Made by a program: the position numbers and the translations under genes
Notes under the pieces: generated by a model
The model's input: only the letters and a program-made list of their open reading frames with translations
Told to the model about the DNA's origin: nothing
The model's database searches: none
Origin: an uncultured Solirubrobacterales bacterium
GTDB lineage: Bacteria > Actinomycetota > Thermoleophilia > Solirubrobacterales > 70-9
Assembly (NCBI GenBank): GCA_963820665.1
Contig: CAWGAL010000002.1
Coordinates: 8,598 to 72,597 of the forward strand
Direction of reading: 5' to 3'
Length of the DNA stretch: 64,000 nt
In this document: positions 1-8,815 of the stretch, in pieces
Numbering within the stretch: position 1 is the stretch's first letter
How the letters are laid out: the number at the start of each line of letters is the position of its first letter

Positions 1-152
1 GCTTCGACTGTGTCGAGTGTGGCGGCCTGCGTGATGGCTTCGGTGATGTCAGCGTCCTCCTCGCTACCGTCATCATCGCCCCCGCAGGCGGCAGGGACGA
101 GCGCGGCAGCGACGACTGCGGTGATCAGAACTGTGACCGGGGTGCTGCGCAT
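1..152 (-). CDS. putative lipoprotein, N-terminal part only (gene runs off the left edge)
   Basis: Minus-strand ATG at 152. Translation MRSTPVTVLITAVVAAALVPAACGGDDDGSEEDADITEAI... is a signal peptide with a lipobox-like VPAAC followed by an acidic linker. No stop inside the window. Confidence 0.4.
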   Translation of the reverse strand, partial: MRSTPVTVLITAVVAAALVPAACGGDDDGSEEDADITEAITQAATLDTVE

Positions 153-166
153 ACCGACGACGAGGG

Positions 167-904
167 CTAGCCACCCGCCGAGGACGGCCCCTTCTTCGGG
201 CGCAGCTCGGTTACGTCCGCGTTCGGCTCGCCCTCGCCGCGGGCCTCGGCGAGCTTTCGCTCCAGCTCGGCGATCCGGCCCGAGAGCTCCTTGATCGCTT
301 CGGCGATCGGGTCGGGAAGGTGGATCCAGTCCACGTCGGGGCCCTCGATCGGCTTGCCCTCGACGCGCACGGGGTGTCCGGGGTTGCCGACGACCGTGGT
401 CTCCGGCGGCACGTCCTCGATCACAACGGTGTTGGCGCCGACCTTCGCGTTCTGGCCGACGACCACAGGCCCGAGCAGCTTGGCGCCCGAGCCGACGGTG
501 ACGTCGTCCTCGAGCGTCGGATGGCGCTTGCCGCGGGCGAAGCCGGTGCCGCCGAGGGTCACTCCCTGAAACAACGTCACGCGGTCGCCGATCTCGGCCG
601 TCTCGCCGATGACGACGCCCGAGCCGTGATCGATGAAGAAGTCGCTGCCGATGGAGGCGGCCGGATGTATCTCGACCCCGGTGATCGAGCGGCTCGTATA
701 GGCGAGCACGCGCGGGAAGAACGGCACGCCCGAGTCCCAGAGCGCGTGGGCGACCCTGTGTGTCAGCAGCGCCTGCACGCCGGCCCACCCAGTGAGGATC
801 TCCAGCGTCCCCACGCCGCGAGCGGCCGGGTCGCGATCGCGAGCGGCGGTGACGTCGGAGCCGATCTCCTTCGCGACGCTCTTCAGGGTCCCCAGGCCGA
901 GCAT
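167..904 (-). CDS. cysE: serine O-acetyltransferase
   Basis: 245-aa ORF. Hexapeptide-repeat acetyltransferase with SAT-type motifs (THRVAHALW, GVEIHPAASIGSDFFIDHGSGVVIGETAEIGDRVTLFQGVTLGGTG). Immediately downstream of cysK. Confidence 0.9.
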   Translation of the reverse strand: MLGLGTLKSVAKEIGSDVTAARDRDPAARGVGTLEILTGWAGVQALLTHRVAHALWDSGVPFFPRVLAYTSRSITGVEIHPAASIGSDFFIDHGSGVVIGETAEIGDRVTLFQGVTLGGTGFARGKRHPTLEDDVTVGSGAKLLGPVVVGQNAKVGANTVVIEDVPPETTVVGNPGHPVRVEGKPIEGPDVDWIHLPDPIAEAIKELSGRIAELERKLAEARGEGEPNADVTELRPKKGPSSAGG

Positions 905-939
905 GGCCTAAGACTAACCCGGGTGGCGGCCCCTACGAA

Positions 940-1902
<963 letters not shown>

Positions 1903-1927
1903 ACTACCAATTGTTGACCAGGTTTGA

Positions 1928-2050
1928 CGGGATTACGCTGGCTTTTCGCCCCTGGATGCAGATCATCTGCTCCCGATCGGCGCCGGCGGCGACGACTCGG
2001 TGGTCAACCTGCGGCCCTCGTGCGCCCGCTGCAACCGCGGCTGGCGGTAG
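1928..2050 (+). pseudogene. relic 3' fragment of an HNH endonuclease gene
   Basis: A 40-codon open frame bounded by TGA (1925) and TAG (2048). It reads ..SPLDADHLLPIGAGGDDSVVNLRPSCARCNRGWR, matching the HNH signature D-H-x2-P-x3-G-G-x5-N-L-x3-C-x2-C-N. The N-terminal part of the domain is absent. A 10-bp hairpin follows at approx 2062-2092. Confidence 0.45.
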
Positions 2051-2198
2051 GCGACCGGAAACTGCTGCTTCGCATGGAAAGCAGCGGTGTCACCAGCCGA
2101 AATTCCCGCTGCAAAGTGAGAACAGAAGCGAGTAGGCTCACACCCTGGCGTCCAACCAAACAATCCGCGGGCGCGGGCAGCGCATTCGTGTCGCGGCA

Positions 2199-3518
2199 TT
2201 GGCGTGCTTGACGCTATTTGCGCTCGCGGCCTGGGCGGCGCCCCCGGCGAACGCAGCCGACAGCGTCTACTGGACCAACACCGGCGACAACACGATCCGC
2301 GGCGCGCCGCTCGCCGGCGGCGGCACCGTCGACACCCTCTACGGCCCGGCGCAGGGGGTGAGCAACCCCTTGGGGGTGGCGATCGACTCCGCCGCCGGGC
2401 GGATCTACTGGGCCAACGCCAGCGGCAGCACGATCCGCGGCGCCCCGCTCGCCGGCGGCGGCACCGTCGACACCCTCTACGGCCCGGCGCAGGGGGTGAA
2501 CGTCCAGCGAGGGGTGGCGGTCGACCCCGCCGCCGGGCGGATCTACTGGGCCAACCAAGGCGACAACACGATCCGCGGCGCCCCGCTCGCCGGCGGCGGC
2601 ACCGTCGACACCCTCTACGGCCCGGCACAGGGGGTGAACGGCCCGCAAGGGGTGGCGATCGACCCCGCCGCCGGGCGGATCTACTGGACCAACTTCGGCG
2701 GCAGCACGATCCTCGGCGCCCCGCTCGCCGGTGGCGGCACCGTCGACACCCTCTACGGCCCGGCGCAGGGGGTGAACGGCCCCTTCGGGGTGGCGATCGA
2801 CTCCGCCGCCGGGCGGATCTACTGGACCAACGCCAGCGACAACACGATCCGCGGCGCCCCGCTCGCCGGCGGCGGCACCGTCGACACCCTCTACGGCAGC
2901 GCGGCGCAGGGGGTGATCGGCCCCCTCGGGGTGGCGATCGACTCCGCCGCCGGGCGGATCTACTGGGCCAACGTCGGCGGCAGCACGATCCGCGGCGCCC
3001 CGCTCGCCGGCGGCGGCACCGTCGACACCCTCTACGGCCCGGCGCAGGGGGTGAGCGGCCCACTGTTCCTCGCCGCCCTCCGCGCCCCGCTCGGAGTCAC
3101 GGCGCCTGCGATCTCCGGCGGCGGGCAGGTCGGGCAGCTCGCCTGCTCGCAGGGGGGCTGGGCGCCGGACCTGCTCGGCGCCTTCCTCTACCGGGCCCCG
3201 CAGGGCTTCGCCTACCAGTGGCAGCTGAACGGCACCGACATCCCCGGCGCGATGGCGAGCTCCTACACGCCTACGAGCGCGGGCTCCTACGCCTGCCGGG
3301 TGACGGCCTCAAACCAGGCCGGCTCGACCTCGCAGACGAGCGCCGGGGTGAGCGTCGCCGCGGACAACCCGAAGTGCAAGAAGCTCCGCAAGAAGCTGAA
3401 GCGCCAGAAGAAGGGGCTCGCCAGAGCGACCACCGAGGCGAAGCGCTCAATGATCCAAGCGAACATCGCCGACACCAAGAGGCGTCTCAAGAAGCGCGGC
3501 TGCAAAATCCGCAAATAG
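2199..3518 (+). CDS. secreted six-bladed YWTD (LDL-receptor class B-like) beta-propeller protein with Ig-like module and Lys/Cys-rich tail
   Basis: 439-aa ORF with a signal-like N-terminus (LACLTLFALAAWAAPPANA). Six 46-47-aa units of the form IYW[AT]N....TIRGAPLAGGGTVDTLYGPAQGV..P.GVAID.AAGR. Then an Ig-like segment (CSQGGW..YQWQLNGTDIPGA..YTPTSAGSYACRVTASN). The tail is NPKCKKLRKKLKRQKKGL...RRLKKRGCKIRK. Confidence 0.8.
   Translation: MACLTLFALAAWAAPPANAADSVYWTNTGDNTIRGAPLAGGGTVDTLYGPAQGVSNPLGVAIDSAAGRIYWANASGSTIRGAPLAGGGTVDTLYGPAQGVNVQRGVAVDPAAGRIYWANQGDNTIRGAPLAGGGTVDTLYGPAQGVNGPQGVAIDPAAGRIYWTNFGGSTILGAPLAGGGTVDTLYGPAQGVNGPFGVAIDSAAGRIYWTNASDNTIRGAPLAGGGTVDTLYGSAAQGVIGPLGVAIDSAAGRIYWANVGGSTIRGAPLAGGGTVDTLYGPAQGVSGPLFLAALRAPLGVTAPAISGGGQVGQLACSQGGWAPDLLGAFLYRAPQGFAYQWQLNGTDIPGAMASSYTPTSAGSYACRVTASNQAGSTSQTSAGVSVAADNPKCKKLRKKLKRQKKGLARATTEAKRSMIQANIADTKRRLKKRGCKIRK
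2262..3060 (+). repeat. six near-identical tandem 138-bp (one 141-bp) coding repeats
   Basis: The string atctactgg recurs at 2403, 2541, 2679, 2817 and 2958 (period 138, 138, 138, 141). Long identical runs such as ccgctcgccggcggcggcaccgtcgacaccctctacggcccggc occur in every unit. Confidence 0.85.
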
Positions 3519-3674
3519 CTGCTTTGGCGAAAAGCGCAACTCTTCGCGCGCGCCGGTCAGTGGAACTGTGGGGTCGAGCCGCCAGCCGAAAAACTGACCT
3601 TCGCCCGGGGAGGTAGCTGCTTCTCGTCCAAAGCGACTGATCCGGGCGGTTCCCGCTTGTGGCCGGGATCCCTT

Positions 3675-4073
3675 CTAGATGTAGTACATCCCGGCGCCGG
3701 ACTCACGGTCCTCGCGCGCGGCGATGTCGGCGATCGTGTTCGAGCGGAACGTCGCGCGGAGGGAGTCGACGCCCTCGGCCCAGATGCCGCCGGCCTCCTC
3801 GCCCTCCTGGCCGAGCGTGCCGTCGAGTGCCTGGACGACCTCGAGGACCGTGATTTCCTCCGGGGAGCGGGCGAGCGTGTAGCCGCCCTTGGCTCCGCGG
3901 TGGCTCGTGAGGATGCCGGCGCGGCGAAGGGTCGAGAACAGCTGCTCGAGGAACTGCACGGGGATGCCGCGGCGGTCGGCGACCTGGCCGATCGGGACCG
4001 GATCGGTGCCCGAGCGCGACAACTCCGCCAGCGCGACCACCGCGTAACGTGACTTCGAGGTGACCGAGATCAC
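3675..4073 (-). CDS. Rrf2-family transcriptional regulator (CymR/IscR-like)
   Basis: 132-aa ORF starting MISVTSKSRYAVVALAELS, with a winged-helix segment IGQVADRRGIPVQFLEQLFSTLRRAGILTSHRGAKGGYTLAR typical of Rrf2 proteins. Lies near cysEK. Confidence 0.85.
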   Translation of the reverse strand: MISVTSKSRYAVVALAELSRSGTDPVPIGQVADRRGIPVQFLEQLFSTLRRAGILTSHRGAKGGYTLARSPEEITVLEVVQALDGTLGQEGEEAGGIWAEGVDSLRATFRSNTIADIAAREDRESGAGMYYI

Positions 4074-4107
4074 TGGACAAGCTTCTAACAGGTCGGGCGG
4101 ACCTCGC

Positions 4108-4524
4108 GTGCGCCGGCACCCCGTCCCCCGGTCCCGCCTGCTGGCCCCGCTGGCGATGATGATCGCGATCTTCTACCTCTCCGCGCAGCCGTTCGAGGGA
4201 GACCCGCTCGAGTGGTGGGAGGTCCTCGCCAGGAAGCTCGGCCACATGGCCGGCTACGCCCTGCTCACGGGAGCCTGGATCTGGGCCCTCGCGGGTCGTG
4301 TGCGGCGCCCGCTCGCCACCGCGGCGGCGATCTCGTTCCTCTACGCCGTCTCCGACGAATACCACCAGACGTTCGTCGAGAACCGCTCCGGCACCGCCGT
4401 CGACGTGCTGATCGACTCCGCCGGTATCGCGCTCGCGCTTCTGATCGCGCTCGCGCGGCGCCGCCGGCCTCGCGGCACTGTGCCCTCCTCTAGCCCCGCT
4501 TCGCCCGCTTCTTCGCCTTACTGA
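4108..4524 (+). CDS. VanZ-like family membrane protein
   Basis: Hydrophobic protein with VanZ-type motifs (LAMMIAIFYLSAQP, KLGHMAGYALLTGAW, SFLYAVSDEYHQTFVENRSGTAVDVLIDSAGIALALL). The ORF-track start 4060 would overlap the divergent Rrf2 start, so GTG 4108 is preferred. Start uncertain. Confidence 0.7.
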   Translation: MRRHPVPRSRLLAPLAMMIAIFYLSAQPFEGDPLEWWEVLARKLGHMAGYALLTGAWIWALAGRVRRPLATAAAISFLYAVSDEYHQTFVENRSGTAVDVLIDSAGIALALLIALARRRRPRGTVPSSSPASPASSPY

Positions 4525-6283
4525 TGCATTTCTTCCTGGCCGCCTTGCGCTTGATCTTCTTGCACTTGCGCAGCGCGCTCTTGAGGTCGAACGCGGGGTC
4601 ATTGAACGGCGGAGGGGGCACGAACGTCGGGTCGCTCAGGCGCAGCGTGAAGTTCCCTTCCTGCTGAAAGCCCCCGTCGACGACGATCAGGTACCTCGTA
4701 CCGGCGACCGCCGCAAACTGCGTGCGGGCGCCCGGCCCCGGTCCACAGCCCCCTTGGCCCAAGGCCACCTGATCAAGTGAGGCGAGCGTCGACCCCGTGT
4801 ACACGGCGACGAGGTGGAAGAAGTCCGATGCGCACGTGTCCAGCGCGACGGGCGAGTTGGCAGCCGGAGTCCACGAGTACCAGACCGACCGGCTCGGGGG
4901 CGTGTCCTCGGTGTGGTCGGGCTCACCGGCCTCCGCGGATGAATCGACGTTCGAGCCGAAGACGGTCGCGGGCAGCGCGCCTCCGATCAGCTGCGGCGCC
5001 GCGAAGAGATCGTTCGCGGGAGGTTGGAACGGGTGGATGTCGAGCGTGAACGTGCCCTCATCGTCGGGCGCAGGGCTGCCGGCCGCGATGAAGTAGGTCG
5101 TGCCGGCCACCGCGTTGAAGCGAAAGGCGCAGAACGGAAAGCTGTTTATGGTCTCGGCCGGGGTGACGCGGGTCAGGGCATTCACGGACGCGCCGGTATA
5201 GACGCCGAGGCGAGCGCCCTCGGCGCTTTCGCAGACACGGACCCGGGCGAGCACCGAGGCCGACGGGGTCCACTCGAACCAGACCGAGTCGTTGGGCGGA
5301 AAGCTCGCATCCGTCGCTGCACCGTGAAACGGCTCCCCCGCCTGCACCGTCGCGAATTCGTTCGACGCCTGGAGCAGGACCGGCAGGCCCGGTCCTACTG
5401 CCTGAGCGTTCGCGAAGTCGTCGTTCGCGGGCGGGGTCGTCTGGAGCAACCGGAACGTGAACGGCCCCTCGCCGCCGAACGCGCCGCTGAACGCGATCCG
5501 GTAGGTCGTCCCCGCGACTGCGTCGAAGGTCGCCCGGCAGTCGATCGACGTGACGACGGGCGCCCCGAGGGCCGCGAGGGTCGACCCCGTATAGACGGCG
5601 ACGCGCCGGTTACCCGCTCCGAACCTCGGCCGGAAGTCGCAGAAGTCGGCCCGCACCTGGACGTTCGAGGGGGCGACCCACCGGTACCAGACAGAGCGCC
5701 CGCCGGGACCCCCATGGGCGGCGGGCTCGCCGGCCTCGGTGCTCGAGTCGACCGTGGTGCCCGGCGCGGCGACCGGGAGCGCCGGCCCGACGGCCTGGGC
5801 GCTAGCGAAGTTGTCGTTGGCCGGTGGGGAGATCGGGCGAACCACGAAGTTGAACGCCTGCTCGTTGAAGAGACCGTCGACGGCGATCAGATAGGTCGTG
5901 CCGGAGACGGCGCTGAAGCTCAGCTGGCATTCGCCCGCGACGGCGACCGTGGCGAGGGCGTTCACGGCACCTCCTGTGTGGACGCCGATCTGGCCGAAGT
6001 TCAGGTCCGGGTCGCACGAGCTGATGACCACCGACGCGCTCACCGCCGGAGTCCACCGGAACCAGACCGAGCGGGTGGCCGGATTGAAGCCGTGCGGGGG
6101 CTCACCTGGCTCGGCGGTCGCCTCCACGGAGCTCGACGGCACCGAAACCGGGATGGCAGGCCCGACGGTGGTCGCGTTCGCGAAGTTGTCGTTCGCCGGG
6201 GGCGCGGCCGTCGCGGCGGACGGGAGGGCCAGGGCTCCCAGGGCCAACGCCCCAGCAGCGGCGACACCAACCAATCGCTTCAT
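4490..6283 (-). CDS. secreted protein with four tandem PPC-like (pre-peptidase C-terminal-like) modules and Lys/Cys-rich tail
   Basis: 597-aa ORF with signal peptide MKRLVGVAAAGALALGALALPSAATA. Four repeats of about 135 aa each start PPAND.FA.A and carry EAGEP.H, SVW[FY].W.P, VYTG....L and AVAGTTY.IA..G. The C-terminus is LRKCKKIKRKAARKKCISKAKKRAKRG. The domain name is tentative. Confidence 0.75.
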   Translation of the reverse strand: MKRLVGVAAAGALALGALALPSAATAAPPANDNFANATTVGPAIPVSVPSSSVEATAEPGEPPHGFNPATRSVWFRWTPAVSASVVISSCDPDLNFGQIGVHTGGAVNALATVAVAGECQLSFSAVSGTTYLIAVDGLFNEQAFNFVVRPISPPANDNFASAQAVGPALPVAAPGTTVDSSTEAGEPAAHGGPGGRSVWYRWVAPSNVQVRADFCDFRPRFGAGNRRVAVYTGSTLAALGAPVVTSIDCRATFDAVAGTTYRIAFSGAFGGEGPFTFRLLQTTPPANDDFANAQAVGPGLPVLLQASNEFATVQAGEPFHGAATDASFPPNDSVWFEWTPSASVLARVRVCESAEGARLGVYTGASVNALTRVTPAETINSFPFCAFRFNAVAGTTYFIAAGSPAPDDEGTFTLDIHPFQPPANDLFAAPQLIGGALPATVFGSNVDSSAEAGEPDHTEDTPPSRSVWYSWTPAANSPVALDTCASDFFHLVAVYTGSTLASLDQVALGQGGCGPGPGARTQFAAVAGTRYLIVVDGGFQQEGNFTLRLSDPTFVPPPPFNDPAFDLKSALRKCKKIKRKAARKKCISKAKKRAKRG

Positions 6284-6326
6284 GGTCCCTCCTCCGCAGC
6301 GAGGAGTCGTCCCTCGCGGTCGGGAG

Positions 6327-7376
6327 CTAGATCCAGCCCTGGTCGGTGGCCATCAGCACGGCCTGCGCCCGATCAAGGGCACCCAGCTTCCCATACACGT
6401 TGTGCAGGTGGCTGCGCACCGTGCTCGCGGATAGGTCGAGCTCCTGGGCGATCTGCTTGTAGACCTTTCCCTCGGCGAGGCGGCGGAGGACATCGAGCTC
6501 GCGGCTCGAGAGCGGGCAGGGGCCGCTCGCGCGGCGCTTCGAGCTGCCCTGCGGAAGCTCGTAAAGGACCTTGCGGACGCCGGCCTCGTCGAGCCCGCTC
6601 GCCTCGCCCGCCTGGAGCATCATGTCCAGGCTGACCGGCGAGTCCTCGACGTAGGCGACGATCATGTCGGCGACGCGAATTACGGCCGCGGCGCCCCTGG
6701 CCTGCTCGGAGTGGTGGCGCTCGACGGCCTCGGCGATGCGCTGGTGCAGCCCCCACCGCCTGGTCAGGACGCCGCCGACGAGCGCGTGGTCGATGCCGAG
6801 CTCGCGGCGCTCGGCCGCGATGCGGTCGTCGGGGGTCCCGCCGCGGCGGTCGAAGCGCTCGGCGTAGCCGGGATGCAGCCGCGCCAGGACCGGGCGGCCG
6901 ATGTCGTGAAGGATCGCGGCGAGAGCGAGCTCGTCGCGCTCGGTGTAGCTGACCGCCTCGGCGACGCGGTCCGCGGAGCGCTGCACAGCCAGGGCGTGCA
7001 GGCGGAAGCGGTCAGGGGACAACGCCAGCTGGCCGCCGCCCTCGAAGAGGTCGTAGCTGGGCGCCGAGCGCAGGATCGCCTCGACGGCGCCGGGGCCGAG
7101 CCGCTCGACCGCGTCGGGGACGCTGCGGATGCGGCCGCCGCCGGGAAGCTGGCCGGCGGACCGGATCACCGCGCAGGTCAGGCCGACGTCGGTCTCGACG
7201 ATGCCCGCGACTTCATGCGGAGGGGAACCTCGCGAGACGAGCTCGAGTGCCAGGTCCCGCGACTCGCTGAGCGCGGGCTGCTTCTCGGCCTCGTCGAAGG
7301 CCGCCGCGAGCACGCGGCCGCGCCCCTCCCCGCGAGGAGGCGGCTGGGACGCGCGGGTGGACGCGGCGGTTGCCAT
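6327..7376 (-). CDS. HDOD/HD-domain protein fused to LuxR-type HTH regulator
   Basis: 349-aa ORF. Central HD-like region (LALAAILHDIGRPVLARL, IDHALVGGVLTRRWGL, AVERHH). C-terminal LuxR/FixJ HTH (LSSRELDVLRRLAEGKVYKQIAQELDLSASTVRSHLHNVYGKLG). Confidence 0.75.
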   Translation of the reverse strand: MATAASTRASQPPPRGEGRGRVLAAAFDEAEKQPALSESRDLALELVSRGSPPHEVAGIVETDVGLTCAVIRSAGQLPGGGRIRSVPDAVERLGPGAVEAILRSAPSYDLFEGGGQLALSPDRFRLHALAVQRSADRVAEAVSYTERDELALAAILHDIGRPVLARLHPGYAERFDRRGGTPDDRIAAERRELGIDHALVGGVLTRRWGLHQRIAEAVERHHSEQARGAAAVIRVADMIVAYVEDSPVSLDMMLQAGEASGLDEAGVRKVLYELPQGSSKRRASGPCPLSSRELDVLRRLAEGKVYKQIAQELDLSASTVRSHLHNVYGKLGALDRAQAVLMATDQGWI

Positions 7377-7408
7377 GGGGTTCCAATCGGCAGCCGCCCC
7401 GAAATTGT

Positions 7409-8815
7409 TTAGCCCCTACTCGTGCCCGAATTCAGCCTGGCGAGGGTGCGGTCGATTCGCTGCAGCGAGAGCTCGCGGCCCAGTACCGCGAGGGACTCGA
7501 AGATCCCCGGCGAGATCGATCCTCCGCTGATCGCCACGCGGATCGGCTGGTAGAGCTTGCCGGGCTTCACGTCGTGTGAGGCCAGCACCGGGGTGAGCGC
7601 CTGCTCGATCGCCTTGGGTTCGAAGGGCTCCACACCGTCGAGCGCGGCGCGCGCGGCCGCGAGCAACTCGCCCGAGCCGTCCTTCATCACCTTCTTCCAG
7701 GCCTTCTCGTCGGTCTCGGGCTCCTCCAGCAAGAAGCGGATCAGGGGCCAAACCTCGTTCAACGTCTGCGCCTTCTCCTGGACGATCTCGCAGGCGGCGC
7801 GCAGCTGCGCGTCGGGCTCGCGGCCGAGGTGGGCGGCGACCGCTGCGGTGTACTCGTCGAGCGGCATCTCGCGCATGAACCGGCCGTTCAGCCAGCGGAG
7901 CTTCTGCTCGTCGAAGATCGCCGACGCCTTGCCGACGCGGTCTAGCTCGAACCGCTCGACCAGCTCGGGCGTGCTCATGATCGTCGTGTCGTCGTCGGTC
8001 CCCCACCCGAGCAGGGCGAGGTAGTTGCGGACCGCGGCCGGCAGGTATCCGCCCTCGCGCAGCTCCTGCACGCTGGCGGCACCGTGGCGCTTCGAGAGCT
8101 TCTTCCCATCGGGGCCGTGCAGCAGCGGCAGGTGCGCGTAGCGCGGCGGCTGGGCGCCGAGCGCCTCGATGACCATCAGCTGCTTGGGCGTGTTCGAGAG
8201 GTGGTCGTCGCCGCGCACGACGTCTGTGATTCCCATGTCGAGGTCGTCGACGGCAACCGCGAAGTTGTAGAGGACCGAGCCGTCCCCCCTCGCGATCACG
8301 AAGTCGTCGGCCGATGCGTTCGGGAAGCGGACCTCGCCGCGGATCTGATCGTCGACGACGGTGTCGCCGTCGTCGGGGACGCGCAGCCGTACGGCCGCGC
8401 CCTCGTCCTCGCTCGCCTCTCCGCGATAGCCGCGACTCGACCCGTGGGTGTCCTTCCACGCCTTGACGTCGTCCGCGCCGGCCGGGTCGCGGTATGCCGC
8501 GCCTGAGTCGAGGAGCTGCCGGAGCGCCTCGCCGTGCCGCGTCGCGCGCTCGGCCTGGCTCAGGGGGCCCTCATCCCAGTCGAGCTCGAGCCAGCGCAGG
8601 GCATCGAGGATCTGCTCGACGTTCTCGGGGGTCGAGCGCTCCCGGTCGGTGTCCTCGATCCGCAGGACCATCTCACCGCCGCGGTGGCGGGCCAAAAGCC
8701 AGTTGTACAGTGCCGTCCGCGCTCCCCCGATGTGGAGCGCCCCCGTCGGGGACGGGGCGAAGCGGACCCTCGTTGTCGAGTTCGGATCGGAGTTCATGTG
8801 CTGATCGGCGCGCAC
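7409..8815 (-). CDS. gltX: glutamate--tRNA ligase
   Basis: 468-aa ORF. Class I signature RVRFAPSPTGALHIGGARTALYNWL (HIGH) and KLSKRHG (KMSKS). An alternative ATG at 8797 (MNSDPNST) avoids the overlap with nfo. Confidence 0.9.
   Translation of the reverse strand: MRADQHMNSDPNSTTRVRFAPSPTGALHIGGARTALYNWLLARHRGGEMVLRIEDTDRERSTPENVEQILDALRWLELDWDEGPLSQAERATRHGEALRQLLDSGAAYRDPAGADDVKAWKDTHGSSRGYRGEASEDEGAAVRLRVPDDGDTVVDDQIRGEVRFPNASADDFVIARGDGSVLYNFAVAVDDLDMGITDVVRGDDHLSNTPKQLMVIEALGAQPPRYAHLPLLHGPDGKKLSKRHGAASVQELREGGYLPAAVRNYLALLGWGTDDDTTIMSTPELVERFELDRVGKASAIFDEQKLRWLNGRFMREMPLDEYTAAVAAHLGREPDAQLRAACEIVQEKAQTLNEVWPLIRFLLEEPETDEKAWKKVMKDGSGELLAAARAALDGVEPFEPKAIEQALTPVLASHDVKPGKLYQPIRVAISGGSISPGIFESLAVLGRELSLQRIDRTLARLNSGTSRG

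Noticed and set aside
2262-3060. Regular 138-bp periodicity that could superficially suggest a CRISPR-like array.
   Set aside because: There is no short repeat plus unique spacer organisation. The whole unit is repeated and translates in frame into propeller blades. No cas genes are present in the window.
1963-3616. Long Arg-rich repetitive ORFs overlapping the propeller gene (1963-3063 minus, 366 aa; 2204-3616 plus, 470 aa; 2214-2648 minus).
   Set aside because: They are alternative-frame or antisense readings of the GC-rich 138-bp repeats. Their RRRR/GRRG low-complexity composition has no protein-like features, whereas the 2199-3518 frame gives a clean YWTD repeat protein.
8534-8797. 5' extension of the nfo ORF (ORF-track start 8534).
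   Set aside because: The extension is antisense to the conserved gltX N-terminus and shows no Nfo homology. Similarity begins at VLIGAHVSTSGG (GTG 8798).
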